20,626 bases of DNA from an uncultured Deinococcales bacterium (GCA_964247135.1 CAXTTL010000066.1:1-20626); one strand, 5' to 3'; positions 1 through 8,962 are shown, numbered from the stretch's first letter. Notes: generated by a model from the sequence alone, not told the origin. Numbers and translations are program-made.

Positions 1-2
1 AT

Positions 3-104
3 TCCGTCTCCAGAAACAATTTCACACCTTTCGCCATCTCCCGCGTTGTGCTGGGCGTGATTATTCTGATTTTGGCGGCAACAGGAGTCATGCACAACGC
101 ATAA
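3..104 (+). CDS. uppP: 3' end (partial) of undecaprenyl-diphosphate phosphatase (BacA/UppP family)
   Basis: Frame 3 reads SVSRNNFTPFAISRVVLGVIILILAATGVMHNA-stop (TAA 102-104), matching the typical UppP C-terminus (..F.PFA.YR..LG). Only 33 codons visible. Confidence 0.65.
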   Translation, partial: SVSRNNFTPFAISRVVLGVIILILAATGVMHNA

Positions 105-208
105 AGTTGAAAACTCAAAACTCCATTTCTTCACGCAAAAGCCTCGGGCAACCATCTTTAAATGGGTCACTCACAGTAAAAAATGGACTCAAACCAAATT
201 GTGTTTAC

Positions 209-243
209 ATCCGAACTCGAGCCAACCCCGAGTTCGGATTTTG
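209..243. terminator. Intrinsic terminator-like hairpin between convergent genes
   Basis: ATCCGAACTCG (209-219) / CGAGTTCGGAT (229-239), an 11-bp stem followed by a short T run on +. Confidence 0.6.
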
Positions 244-253
244 CAGTTCAGAT

Positions 254-1468
254 TTACTTGGCAGAACCAATATCATAAACATAACGGACCGATGGTTCGG
301 TGTAGACCATCAGCTTGGCGGCTGCCACGTCATTTGGGATTTCAAAAAAGTACCGCAATTTGACTTCCTGCCCAGGCGTCAGTTCGGTGTCACCATTTTC
401 GTTGCGGCTGACTTTCAGAAAATTCGCCCCGCAAGAAGTTGTGACCTGACGCTCGTTCTGCGAATCGGTGAACTCGAGGATAAAACCCTCACCGCCACAC
501 ATGCCAACCCCTGCGTTTGGCGCACCCCTCGGCATGGGATTGCGAAACCCAAAAATCAGACGCACGAAACGCTTGCCCTCGCCAGGCTGCACATCGCCAA
601 CCTCGAGCGTGCTGATCTGAGCGCTCTCGAGGCGCATATCGGCTTTGCCCACCGGGTAATACGTGCCCAGTTGCGCGTTGATTTGCTCGAGAGACTTGAT
701 GCCCGTGCTGTCCGCCGCGAACGGGGCAGCCAAGGGTTTGATTTTGCCCGTCAAATCAAAGCGCAAGACCCCAGCCTGACGTTCATTCCAACGTTCGACC
801 AGCAACTTTGGCACACTGACCTCGTTCGGCACGACAAACACGGTGTAGGCATCGAGTCTCTGCCCTGGTTTTAAGGGCGTGTCCAGCGGTGTAGAATCAT
901 TGTCCCTGGCAATGGCAATTTCACTGCCAGCCCAGTCTGGTGTCACCGAAACGCTGTTGGAATCGACCACCGTAAAGACAAAACTGGCATTGTTCAGTTG
1001 AACATCCTTACCCGATTGCGGATTTTGCGCGGTGAAACGCACCAACAAGAGTTTTTGTTTGGCGTTTGACACCCAAACATTCTGCCCGATGGCAACCCGT
1101 CCAACCAGGTACTCGAGGCTGCGGAGCGTAAAATTTAAAGGGCTAAGCTTGCCCAAAGTGGCAGTTTTGCCAAACACGCCCACGCCGCCAGAAAGCTGTT
1201 GCGTGCCAGCCGCACCCGTATCGTTTGGCTTTGAGGGCGTCGGACTTGCCGCACCCGCTCGAGAGAGTGCCAAGGTGTTGCCAGACGCAACCGCATTCAC
1301 GCCCAAGCTTTTTAAGGCAGCCAGCGGGACATAACTTTTACCCGCCACCACAATGGCTTTTTCGCTCGAGGCAACCCCGTTAATGGTGAGGTTCAAGCTT
1401 TTTTGTACGGCTTGGGCGATGACAAGACCACCAAACAACACGACGCCAACAACCAAATATTTTCGCAT
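254..1468 (-). CDS. Secreted protein: signal peptide, short copper-amine-oxidase-N-like domain, linker, two beta-rich DUF4352-like (Ig-like) domains
   Basis: Start moved to ATG 1468 (MRKYLVVGVVLFGGLVIAQA) because of the GAGGAG RBS and signal peptide. N-domain LTING...AIVVAGKSYVPLAALKSLG. Two similar modules (KLLLVRFTAQNP...LKPGQ...FVVP and RFVRLIFGFRNP...LTPGQ...FEIP). Confidence 0.7.
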   Translation of the reverse strand: MRKYLVVGVVLFGGLVIAQAVQKSLNLTINGVASSEKAIVVAGKSYVPLAALKSLGVNAVASGNTLALSRAGAASPTPSKPNDTGAAGTQQLSGGVGVFGKTATLGKLSPLNFTLRSLEYLVGRVAIGQNVWVSNAKQKLLLVRFTAQNPQSGKDVQLNNASFVFTVVDSNSVSVTPDWAGSEIAIARDNDSTPLDTPLKPGQRLDAYTVFVVPNEVSVPKLLVERWNERQAGVLRFDLTGKIKPLAAPFAADSTGIKSLEQINAQLGTYYPVGKADMRLESAQISTLEVGDVQPGEGKRFVRLIFGFRNPMPRGAPNAGVGMCGGEGFILEFTDSQNERQVTTSCGANFLKVSRNENGDTELTPGQEVKLRYFFEIPNDVAAAKLMVYTEPSVRYVYDIGSAK

Positions 1469-1613
1469 GATGTGCTCCTCTCGAGTCTTCAGCATAGGCG
1501 AAAATTTTTGATGGACACAAAGTGATGGGTTTGAAGCCGTGCTTAACGAATAAGTCACGAACTGAATCTCGAGTGATGTTTCAAATGACCGAGCGTATAG
1601 CCAAACCAAAACG

Positions 1614-2015
1614 TCATTCTCCAGATTGCCGTTTGTAATTCCGAATGACCATCCCCTGCGCCTCGAGCATCCCGCATTTCGCGTAAAAGCCCTTCATATT
1701 ATCGTCGCACATCAGGTCAATCATGTAAAAACCTGAAAGCCTCTCGAGCATTTGCCGCATGAGTTCGCGCCCAATGCCTTGCGCTTGAAATTCGGGCAGC
1801 ACCTCGAGCGAGGGAATATACGCCGTCAAAATCCCATCCGAAATCGCAGTGATAAACCCAACCACGCGGTCATCCTCGAGCGCCAAACACACATGGCTTG
1901 AGCCGCGCAAAATCTCGAGGTGTTTGGCTGGCGTGGGTGGGTTCAACCAGCCAACAAAGAAACCTTCCAAGTTTTCTGGTACGATGTGCTCGAGGTTGTG
2001 CTGATACCGAATCAT
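1614..2015 (-). CDS. GNAT family N-acetyltransferase
   Basis: Acetyl-CoA motif A ([17 protein letters not shown]) and C-terminal FYAKCG; ATGA overlap with dtd. Confidence 0.9.
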   Translation of the reverse strand: MIRYQHNLEHIVPENLEGFFVGWLNPPTPAKHLEILRGSSHVCLALEDDRVVGFITAISDGILTAYIPSLEVLPEFQAQGIGRELMRQMLERLSGFYMIDLMCDDNMKGFYAKCGMLEAQGMVIRNYKRQSGE

Positions 2016-2467
2016 GGTTTCAACCTCTCACTCGAGTCAATAATAATCGTCACAGGACCATCGTTGACCAAACTGACTTTCATCTCGGTTTGAAAAATTC
2101 CTGTTTGCACCTCGAGGTTTTCATTGCGCAGCATTTCGCAAAAGGTTTTGTACAAACGGTTGCCATCGTCTGGACTGGCGGCTTGCGAAAACCCTGGGCG
2201 GTTGCCGTCTCGAGTGTCGGCGTACAGCGTGAATTGGCTGACGGCAAGAACTGCGCCATTCACTTGCTCGAGCGATACATTCATTTTCCCAGCTTCGTCG
2301 TTGAATACCCGCAACTTGGCAATTTTTCGCGCCAGGTACGCCGCATCGTCTTGCGTGTCGCCGCGTTTCACACCCAGCAACACCAGAAAACCCCGTTCGA
2401 TCTCGCCAACAATTTTGCCTTCAACCATCACATTGGCGCTCGAGACGCGCTGAATCACGGCTTTCAT
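2012..2467 (-). CDS. dtd: D-aminoacyl-tRNA deacylase
   Basis: MKAVIQRV start, SQFTL, GNRPGF and NDGPVT signature motifs. Confidence 0.97.
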   Translation of the reverse strand: MKAVIQRVSSANVMVEGKIVGEIERGFLVLLGVKRGDTQDDAAYLARKIAKLRVFNDEAGKMNVSLEQVNGAVLAVSQFTLYADTRDGNRPGFSQAASPDDGNRLYKTFCEMLRNENLEVQTGIFQTEMKVSLVNDGPVTIIIDSSERLKP

Positions 2468-2715
2468 GATGGTGTTTGTAATCCCATTTTGAGCGAGTGA
2501 ATGCCTTCAGTCAGCGCTCGAGCTTCTTCAGCGTCCAAATTGCCACGCGTTTTTTGTGCCAGCACCTCGAGAATCCGCAGGCTGCGTTCGGCGGTTTCGC
2601 GTCGTTGCACGCCGTCGCGTTCGAGACGGCTCGAGAGCACGTTTAAGTTTCCCAGTGCCGCTTCGCCTGTGGCGGTTAGAGACTGAATCAAACCAAGAAA
2701 ATCAGAATTCGACAT
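2464..2715 (-). CDS. DUF1844-like small protein
   Basis: FLGLIQSL...ALG and L..L..KTRGNL..EE pattern; GAGGTG RBS; ATGA overlap with dtd. Confidence 0.75.
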   Translation of the reverse strand: MSNSDFLGLIQSLTATGEAALGNLNVLSSRLERDGVQRRETAERSLRILEVLAQKTRGNLDAEEARALTEGIHSLKMGLQTPS

Positions 2716-2728
2716 AACACCTCGAGCC

Positions 2729-3355
2729 TTAGAATAACGTGGTTTGCTCGACCTCGAGCTTGATGTCTGGTTTTGCGCCCAAAGCCTCGAGTTCTGCCTT
2801 GACGGTTTTGATGTCCTGCCAGGTCAACCATTTTGGACCGCCCGTGGTTCGGACTGGGTTTCGCAGCAGATACGCGGGGTGAAACATCGGAAAAATCTTG
2901 ATCGGCGCACTCAATTTCTTAAATTCACCCCACACCCCTCGGGTTTTGGTGATGCCCAAACTTGTGCCTGTCGCCCATTGCGTTGGCACATTCCCCAAGG
3001 TCACAATGATCTGCGGGCGAATCAATTGAATCTGCTCAATCAACCAATGTTCGCAAGCTGCGATTTCATCGGTTTCAGGATTGCGGTTGCCAGGAGGACG
3101 GCATTTGACGATATTGGCAATGTACACCGACTCTCGAGGGATTTGAACGGCAGCCAGAATTTGATCGAGCAATTGCCCAGCACGACCCACGAACGGACGA
3201 CCCGTTTTGTCCTCGTCCTCGCCTGGACCTTCGCCAATAATCATCAGTTGCGCGTCGGGGTGTCCTTCGCCAAACACGACATTCTTGCGGGTTGGGGCGA
3301 GTTTGCAAGTGGTGCAACTCGAGCAAACAAGTCCAAGATTCTCGAGATCGGTCAT
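2729..3355 (-). CDS. Uracil-DNA glycosylase, family 4 ([4Fe-4S] type)
   Basis: CxxC at the N-terminus, GEGPG, PFVGRAG, VKCRPPGNR, HPAYLL. Confidence 0.95.
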   Translation of the reverse strand: MTDLENLGLVCSSCTTCKLAPTRKNVVFGEGHPDAQLMIIGEGPGEDEDKTGRPFVGRAGQLLDQILAAVQIPRESVYIANIVKCRPPGNRNPETDEIAACEHWLIEQIQLIRPQIIVTLGNVPTQWATGTSLGITKTRGVWGEFKKLSAPIKIFPMFHPAYLLRNPVRTTGGPKWLTWQDIKTVKAELEALGAKPDIKLEVEQTTLF

Positions 3356-3361
3356 ACGGTC

Positions 3362-3367
3362 ATTTTA
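3362..3367 (-). promoter_or_regulatory. -10 box TAAAAT of a leaderless promoter for the udg operon
   Basis: Minus strand reads TAAAAT-gaccgt-ATG (6-nt gap); no SD sequence. Confidence 0.7.
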
Positions 3368-3491
3368 CCTGTGCATGAAGGTTTGAAACGCAATGGCGTT
3401 CTCTATTTTTGATTCAATCTACAATTTGTTTGCAGTAAAATTCAGGCGTCGCAACTGAACAAGATATTTTAGAAACTGGTACAGACAAAAT

Positions 3492-3517
3492 TGACCGTCA
3501 TCAAAAAATGACGGTCA
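3492..3517 (-). terminator. Hairpin/terminator downstream of the YciF-like gene
   Basis: TGACCGTCAT (3492-3501) / ATGACGGTCA (3508-3517), perfect 10-bp stem, followed by ATTTT on minus. Confidence 0.65.
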
Positions 3518-3558
3518 TTAAACAATTTAACTTTGACTCAAATTGCAAAACTCGAGTT

Positions 3559-4068
3559 TTAATCAGCCGCAGATTGCATGGCATCTGTGTTAATGACGCT
3601 CATGGCTAAATCGGTCAAAAGGTGGTCAGTGTCGCCCTCTTCGCCAGCAATGCGGTGCAAGGTGTTGTGCGCCTCGGATTCGCCAAGCATCTTCGCATAG
3701 GCGCAAACCGTGCCGTAACCCGCGATTTCGTAGTGCTCAACGCGTTGCGCGGCGGCAATCAAACCGGCATCCATCACATCAGGTTCAATTTGTGCTTTCT
3801 TCGCCAGAAGTTCACTGCCCTCTTTGATCAAGCCCTTCATGGCTTCGCAGGTGTGACCATCGGGATTTGCACCCAAGTTTTTAACGATTTTTCCAACGTC
3901 CTCGCGCTGCTTTTTGGTTTGCTCGAGGTGCTTTTCAAAAGCTTGACGCAATTCTGGATGGGTGGCGGCTTTTGCCATCAATGGAATGGCTTCGACCAGT
4001 TGCGTTTCGGCACTGTAGAGGTCGCGGAGTTGCTCGATGTAGAGGTCTTTAAGGTTGTTCATCTTCAT
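3559..4068 (-). CDS. Ferritin-like stress protein, YciE/YciF (DUF892) family
   Basis: Start ATG 4068 with AAGGAG RBS. Motifs LRDLYSAE, CEAMKGLIKEG, DAGLIAAAQRVEHYEIAGYG. Confidence 0.93.
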   Translation of the reverse strand: MKMNNLKDLYIEQLRDLYSAETQLVEAIPLMAKAATHPELRQAFEKHLEQTKKQREDVGKIVKNLGANPDGHTCEAMKGLIKEGSELLAKKAQIEPDVMDAGLIAAAQRVEHYEIAGYGTVCAYAKMLGESEAHNTLHRIAGEEGDTDHLLTDLAMSVINTDAMQSAAD

Positions 4069-4264
4069 GGCTATTTCTCCTTTTGGCATTTTGAGTGCCG
4101 TGTTGTTTGCTGCCAGAGTATTTTTGCCCATATTGCTCTGCCACATCTGATTGCGCCCTGAACCCGAGCTGAAGAAAAACGCTGAGACCAACAAAGTGAA
4201 GCAATTGTGTGGAACGAATGTAATTCCACAAAGCGCAGTTGAAAATCATGACCTATAGAGGCAG

Positions 4265-4314
4265 AAAAACCGATCAACCTCGAGCGAACGCTGCATCCAG
4301 GTTGATCGGTTTTT
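4265..4314. terminator. Long bidirectional terminator-like hairpin after the mutase gene
   Basis: AAAAACCGATCAACCT (4265-4280) / AGGTTGATCGGTTTTT (4299-4314), perfect 16-bp inverted repeat. Confidence 0.75.
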
Positions 4315-4384
4315 ACCATTTTGAATTCTATATTTTGAAATTCCTTTGGTTGACCGGTATATTCATTCAATTGTCATCCGAGAA

Positions 4385-6031
4385 TCAAATCGCCACGGGT
4401 TCTTCATACACCCCGTACACCCCTCGCAACACATCCATCATCTCGCCCAGCGTGGCGTAAGCGTGGGCGCACTCGAGAAACGCGGGCATGGTGTTCTGCC
4501 CCAGCACCGCGACTTTGCGCAGTTGCTCGAGACTCGCGGCGTGTCTGGTCGCATCCCGTTCGCGGCGCACCTGCGCGAGGCGTTCGGCTTGAATGCGTTC
4601 CACTTGTTTGTCCACCAGTTGAATCGGCACGGACAGCGGTTTATTGTCGCTGAATTCGTTCACGCCAACAATAATCCGTTTTTTGCCGTCCACCTCGCGT
4701 TGATAACGGTAACTCGCGTCGCCAATCTCGCTCGAGAAAAACCCATGCTCCAGCGCTTTCACCACGCCGCCGAGGTTGCGAATTTGGGTGATGTAACGCA
4801 TGGCTTGGCTTTCGACTTCATCGGTCAGTTTCTCGAGGTAGTAACTGCCCGCGAGTGGGTCGATCACGTTTGCCACGCCTGTTTCGTGGGCGATGATTTG
4901 TTGGGTTCGCAGCGCAATCGTGGCGGCATCTTCGGTCGGCAGCGCCAGGGCTTCATCGAACGAATCGGTGTGAAGGCTTTGCGTGCCGCCCAGCACGGCT
5001 GCCAGGGCTTGAATCGCAACTCGAGCGATGTTGGTCAGCGGTTGTTGCGCGGTCAGACTGACCCCTGCGGTTTGGGCGTGGGTGCGGAGCATCCAGGATT
5101 TCGGGTTTTTCGCGCCGTAACGGTTTCGCATCTCAGAAGCGTAAATTCTTCTGGCGGCACGAAACTTGGCGATTTCCTCAAAAAAATCGTTGTGAACATC
5201 GAAAAAGTAACTGATGCGCGGTGCGAATTCGTCAATGTCCAACCCTCGAGCCAGCGCCTGTTCGACGTAATGAAAGCCGTCCGCCAGGGTAAACGCGAGT
5301 TCTTGAACATTGGTCGAGCCAGCCTCGCGGATGTGATAACCCGAAACGCTGATAAAATTCCATTTTGGTGTGAACTTGGGCGACCATTCAAAGGTGTCGA
5401 TCACGAGCTTGACACTCGGTTCTGGTGGGAAAATAAATTCTTTTTGGGCGATAAATTCTTTTAAAATGTCGTTCTGAATCGTGCCGCCCAGATTCTCGAG
5501 TTTAAAACCCTGATTTTCGGCGTTCGCCAAGTACATTGCCCAGATCGCGCTGGCGGGCGAGTTGATCGTCATGCTGGTCGTGACCGTCTCGAGGTTCACG
5601 CCTTTAAACAGCACTTCCATATCGGCAAGGCTCGAGACTGCCACGCCACACTTCCCAACTTCGCCACGCGCCATGATGTGATCGCTGTCGTAGCCCATCA
5701 AGGTTGGAAGGTCGAAAGCGGTGCTCAAGCCCGTCTGACCCGCCTCCAAGAGCGCGTGGAAGCGTTGGTTGGTTTGCTCGGCGCTGCCAAAACCAGCGAA
5801 CATCCGCATCGTCCAGAGTTTGGCGCGGTACATGCTGGGTTGCACACCTCGAGTGAACGGGTATTCTCCTGGCATTCCCAGTTTTTCAGCAGACTCGAGT
5901 TCGCCCAAATCGTCTCGAGTGTAAATCGGTTCTGGATCAATCCCGCCCATGCTCGAGAAGAGCACATCGCGTTCTGGGAATTTTTGATTCGCTTTTTGGT
6001 ACACGCCCGTCAGCCAGGATTTCTTGTCCAT
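4385..6031 (-). CDS. B12-dependent acyl-CoA mutase large subunit (methylmalonyl-CoA mutase family, isobutyryl-CoA-mutase-type signature), no cobalamin-binding domain
   Basis: Start ATG 6031 with [51 protein letters not shown]. Ends without a DxHxxG B12 domain. Confidence 0.93.
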   Translation of the reverse strand: MDKKSWLTGVYQKANQKFPERDVLFSSMGGIDPEPIYTRDDLGELESAEKLGMPGEYPFTRGVQPSMYRAKLWTMRMFAGFGSAEQTNQRFHALLEAGQTGLSTAFDLPTLMGYDSDHIMARGEVGKCGVAVSSLADMEVLFKGVNLETVTTSMTINSPASAIWAMYLANAENQGFKLENLGGTIQNDILKEFIAQKEFIFPPEPSVKLVIDTFEWSPKFTPKWNFISVSGYHIREAGSTNVQELAFTLADGFHYVEQALARGLDIDEFAPRISYFFDVHNDFFEEIAKFRAARRIYASEMRNRYGAKNPKSWMLRTHAQTAGVSLTAQQPLTNIARVAIQALAAVLGGTQSLHTDSFDEALALPTEDAATIALRTQQIIAHETGVANVIDPLAGSYYLEKLTDEVESQAMRYITQIRNLGGVVKALEHGFFSSEIGDASYRYQREVDGKKRIIVGVNEFSDNKPLSVPIQLVDKQVERIQAERLAQVRRERDATRHAASLEQLRKVAVLGQNTMPAFLECAHAYATLGEMMDVLRGVYGVYEEPVAI

Positions 6032-6169
6032 GATGTCCTCCAAAAACTCGAGCAACCCTCGAGCGGTGTTTGATGCTGTCATCATAGAACGTTTAAAGCT
6101 CAAGGATTATCAGTTGCAACCGAATTCATGTACAAAACTTGATGTTGATTCGTCGAGACAGAACTTAAA

Positions 6170-6213
6170 CTCCCTTTTCCCGCGCGGCGGGAGAAAGGCT
6201 GGGGATGAGAGGG
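6170..6213. repeat. REP-like short palindromic element
   Basis: Minus strand CCCTCTCATCCCCAGCCTTTCTCCCGCCGCGCGGGAAAAGGGAG, a purine/pyrimidine-skewed GC-rich hairpin resembling the widespread CCCTCAxCCCxxCCCTCTCCC...GGGAGAGGG repeats. Single copy in this window. Confidence 0.6.
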
Positions 6214-6261
6214 AGACGGAGCAATTGCTAATTTTTTAATGCACTCAAAACAGCTCGAGAC

Positions 6262-7437
6262 TTACAATCTGCTGCGTGGGTCGAGCGCATCACGCAAACC
6301 ATCGCCCAAAAAGTTGATACTCAGGCTGGTCAGCAAAATAAACAACCCAGGCCAAAAAGACGCGAGCGGATTTTGAAAGATCGCTTCCTGGGCGCTCGAG
6401 AGCATGTTGCCCCATGAAGGAATGTCTCGAGGAATGCCGTACCCCAAGAAAGAGAGTGCGCTTTCGGAGATGATGTTGTTGCCAACGTCGAGCGTGACTT
6501 GCACAATAATCGGCGCGACGGCGTTGGGCAGAATGTGACGAATCATCACGCGCCAGTCGCTCGAGCCTAACGCTTTGGCGGCGTCGGTAAATTCGCGTTG
6601 GCGCAGGCTTAATACCAAACCACGAATGACTCGAGCCGTGCCGAGCCAACCGAAAAGCACCAGCACAAAAATGATCAAAACGATTGGTCGCGCCGAACCA
6701 AAAATCGAGTCGAGCACACCGCCAAGTTTGACATCGGGGTTGGCGAGCAACCCTGAGAGAATCAACAAGAACGGAATTTGGGGCAAGGACAGCATCACGT
6801 CGATAAACCTCGAGATGATGTTATCAATGTCCACCACGATGGCTTGGACGAAAGCAAAGTAAGCAATCGTGGCTGCAAGCCCAACACCAACAATCCAGGC
6901 AAGTACGACCCCAACCCCAGAGTAGGTTGCTGCAAACTGACTGGTGACGAGCAGCGTGAACGCGATCACACCCGCCCAAACCAACCATTTCAAGCCGTTT
7001 TTCAACCAGAAGCTCGAGCCTTCAAGTCGTTGTTGTTCTGCAAGTAAACTCGAGCGTAAACCAACCGAAAAAATGACGGGTTGCCCGCTGTAATAACCGG
7101 CAATCGTGCCGAGCGTCACGCCGATGAGTGCCGATAAAAGTGCGACGGCAACGCCGATCAGCAAACTGACACGTCCTGCGTACAAGAGTTGACTAAAAAC
7201 ATCGCGTCCAAGGTCGTCGGTTCCCATCAAGTGTCGTCCGCCTGGTTGCGCCCAGGTGTTCGAGGTTTCGTTCAAGGTGGGCGAAAACGGTGCGATCAGC
7301 GGCGCGAAGATGGACACGAAAAACAACAATCCAAGCACAGCAAGCGAGAACATGGCAAGGCGGTGTTTTTTAAACCGTTGCCAGGTTTTGTTCTCTTCTT
7401 TTCGTTTGGGGGGCGTTGCCGTTGTTGTTTGGCTCAT
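6262..7437 (-). CDS. Peptide/nickel ABC transporter permease (OppC/DppC type) with an internal insertion
   Basis: HLMGTDDLGRD, EAA loop REFTDAAKALG, RHILPN, ESALSFLG, GDGLRDALDPR. Confidence 0.95.
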   Translation of the reverse strand: MSQTTTATPPKRKEENKTWQRFKKHRLAMFSLAVLGLLFFVSIFAPLIAPFSPTLNETSNTWAQPGGRHLMGTDDLGRDVFSQLLYAGRVSLLIGVAVALLSALIGVTLGTIAGYYSGQPVIFSVGLRSSLLAEQQRLEGSSFWLKNGLKWLVWAGVIAFTLLVTSQFAATYSGVGVVLAWIVGVGLAATIAYFAFVQAIVVDIDNIISRFIDVMLSLPQIPFLLILSGLLANPDVKLGGVLDSIFGSARPIVLIIFVLVLFGWLGTARVIRGLVLSLRQREFTDAAKALGSSDWRVMIRHILPNAVAPIIVQVTLDVGNNIISESALSFLGYGIPRDIPSWGNMLSSAQEAIFQNPLASFWPGLFILLTSLSINFLGDGLRDALDPRSRL

Positions 7438-7517
7438 GGATATTCCTCGAGATTAAATTATTGTTCTTTTTGAATGGCTCGAGATTCAAAATGTTTTGGT
7501 TTAAGGCGTAGGGGTGA

Positions 7518-7563
7518 ACCTTCTTGATCCCAAAACGCACCTTCTTGACCATAAAATGCACCT
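7518..7563. repeat. 21-bp imperfect tandem repeat (about 2.2 copies) in the oppB-oppC spacer
   Basis: ACCTTCTTGATCCCAAAACGC / ACCTTCTTGACCATAAAATGC / ACCT. Confidence 0.7.
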
Positions 7564-7645
7564 GCGGGCATGGTCGCTTCGGGCGGGATCGCTTGTGTTC
7601 ACCCTAAGCATGAAAACCGTTTCTCGAGATTTACAATTTTATTTT

Positions 7646-8839
7646 TTAGTTGTAACGAATTCTTGGATCGACCAGCGCGTACACCAAATCTGCCAATAGG
7701 TTCGAGGCGAGTGTGGCAATCGCCAGCATCATCAAAATCACCATTGCAACGTTGTAATCTTTTTGCACCACGCTCGAGAGCAGGGCTGTGCCCATGCCGG
7801 GCCAGTTAAAAACGCTTTCGGTTAAGACTGCGCCGTTCAGAACACCAGGAATCGAAAGTCCGACCAAAGTCACGATTGGAATGAGGGCATTGCGAAGCGC
7901 GTGTTTGTAAATCACGATGCGTTCACTTAAACCTTTGCCGCGTGCGGTTCTGACAAAATCCTGGTTGACCACCTCGAGCAAACTGGCTCGCATAAAACGG
8001 GTCCAACTGGCAATTTGAATCAGTGACAGGGCAATCACGGGCAAGACCAAATGCCAGAGTGCGTCTTTGGCGTAATTCCACCAGCTCGAGAGTGTCACGC
8101 GGCTGCCAAAAGCTTGTCCTGGCGAGACGTAATCGCCAACTTTGGGATAATTTTCAATCCCCGCAGGCAGGGTCACGGCTTTGGGTTCGTCTTGTTTGGT
8201 GGCTTCGTTGTAAACGCCCACAGAAATCACGGGCTGACCTTGAGCATTTTTGCTAACGCTGAGGACTTGACCGTTGAGGTCAAACTTTTCATCCGATTCG
8301 ACGGTCATGCTGACGCCTTCGGATTGCATTCCGTCGGTGGGAAACCATTTGAGTTTTGCGCCAAAAAGCAGCAGCATCATGATGCCGAGCCAGAAGACTG
8401 GCACGCTGTAACCGACAAATGACAAGAAGGTGGTGACGTAATCCAAAAGGCTGTACTGCCTGACCGCCGCATAAATCCCGATGGGCAATCCAACCAGCAA
8501 GGATAAAATGAACGACATGGTGGTCAATTTTAAGGTGTTTTGAAGTCGTTGTTGAAAGACATACTCTGTGGCGGAAATATAACCATTTTCTCGAGAAACC
8601 CCGAAATCCAAAACGGCGGCTTTGGATAACCATTTGCCGTATTGCACGTACCAAGGTTGATCCAAACCGTAATCGTGACGAAGCCGCGTCACGTCGGCGA
8701 CGGTCATTTTTGGATTGCCGAGTTTGAGTTCGTCAATAAAGTCGCCTGGTTGCAATTGCACCAAACCAAAGATCGCCATGCTGATGGCTAAGAGCAATGG
8801 AATCATGCCGATCAAGCGTCTTGAGGTGTATAGGAGCAT
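7646..8839 (-). CDS. Peptide/nickel ABC transporter permease (OppB/DppB type) with an inserted soluble domain
   Basis: YGLDQP, HLVLP, DFVRTARGKGL, HALRNALIP, ESVFNWPGMG, DLVYALVDPRI. Confidence 0.95.
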   Translation of the reverse strand: MLLYTSRRLIGMIPLLLAISMAIFGLVQLQPGDFIDELKLGNPKMTVADVTRLRHDYGLDQPWYVQYGKWLSKAAVLDFGVSRENGYISATEYVFQQRLQNTLKLTTMSFILSLLVGLPIGIYAAVRQYSLLDYVTTFLSFVGYSVPVFWLGIMMLLLFGAKLKWFPTDGMQSEGVSMTVESDEKFDLNGQVLSVSKNAQGQPVISVGVYNEATKQDEPKAVTLPAGIENYPKVGDYVSPGQAFGSRVTLSSWWNYAKDALWHLVLPVIALSLIQIASWTRFMRASLLEVVNQDFVRTARGKGLSERIVIYKHALRNALIPIVTLVGLSIPGVLNGAVLTESVFNWPGMGTALLSSVVQKDYNVAMVILMMLAIATLASNLLADLVYALVDPRIRYN

Positions 8840-8909
8840 TTTAAAAATCCTATCGATTGAGATTGGGTTTGGGGCTGAAAGTATGTGCCTATGCTCGAGC
8901 TTTGGTTTT

Positions 8910-8938
8910 GGGGCGAAGCGCTTTAAATTCTTCGCCCC
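8910..8938. other. Intergenic stem-loop after oppA (mRNA stabiliser or partial terminator)
   Basis: GGGGCGAAG (8910-8918) / CTTCGCCCC (8930-8938); no U tract on the coding (minus) strand. Confidence 0.6.
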
Positions 8939-8962
8939 GTTTTGTTTGCTCGAGAATCCTTG

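Noticed and set aside
107-874. 255-aa + strand ORF
   Set aside because: Antisense shadow of the secreted protein; no RBS or family motifs.
4346-5464. 372-aa + strand ORF
   Set aside because: Antisense to the well-conserved mutase; typical codon-bias shadow.
6032-6169. Cobalamin riboswitch upstream of the mutase
   Set aside because: No B12-box or conserved core visible, and a -10-like TATGAT at 6086-6081 implies only a short leader.
7518-7563. CRISPR-like or iteron array
   Set aside because: Only about 2 adjacent imperfect units, no spacers, no cas or rep genes.
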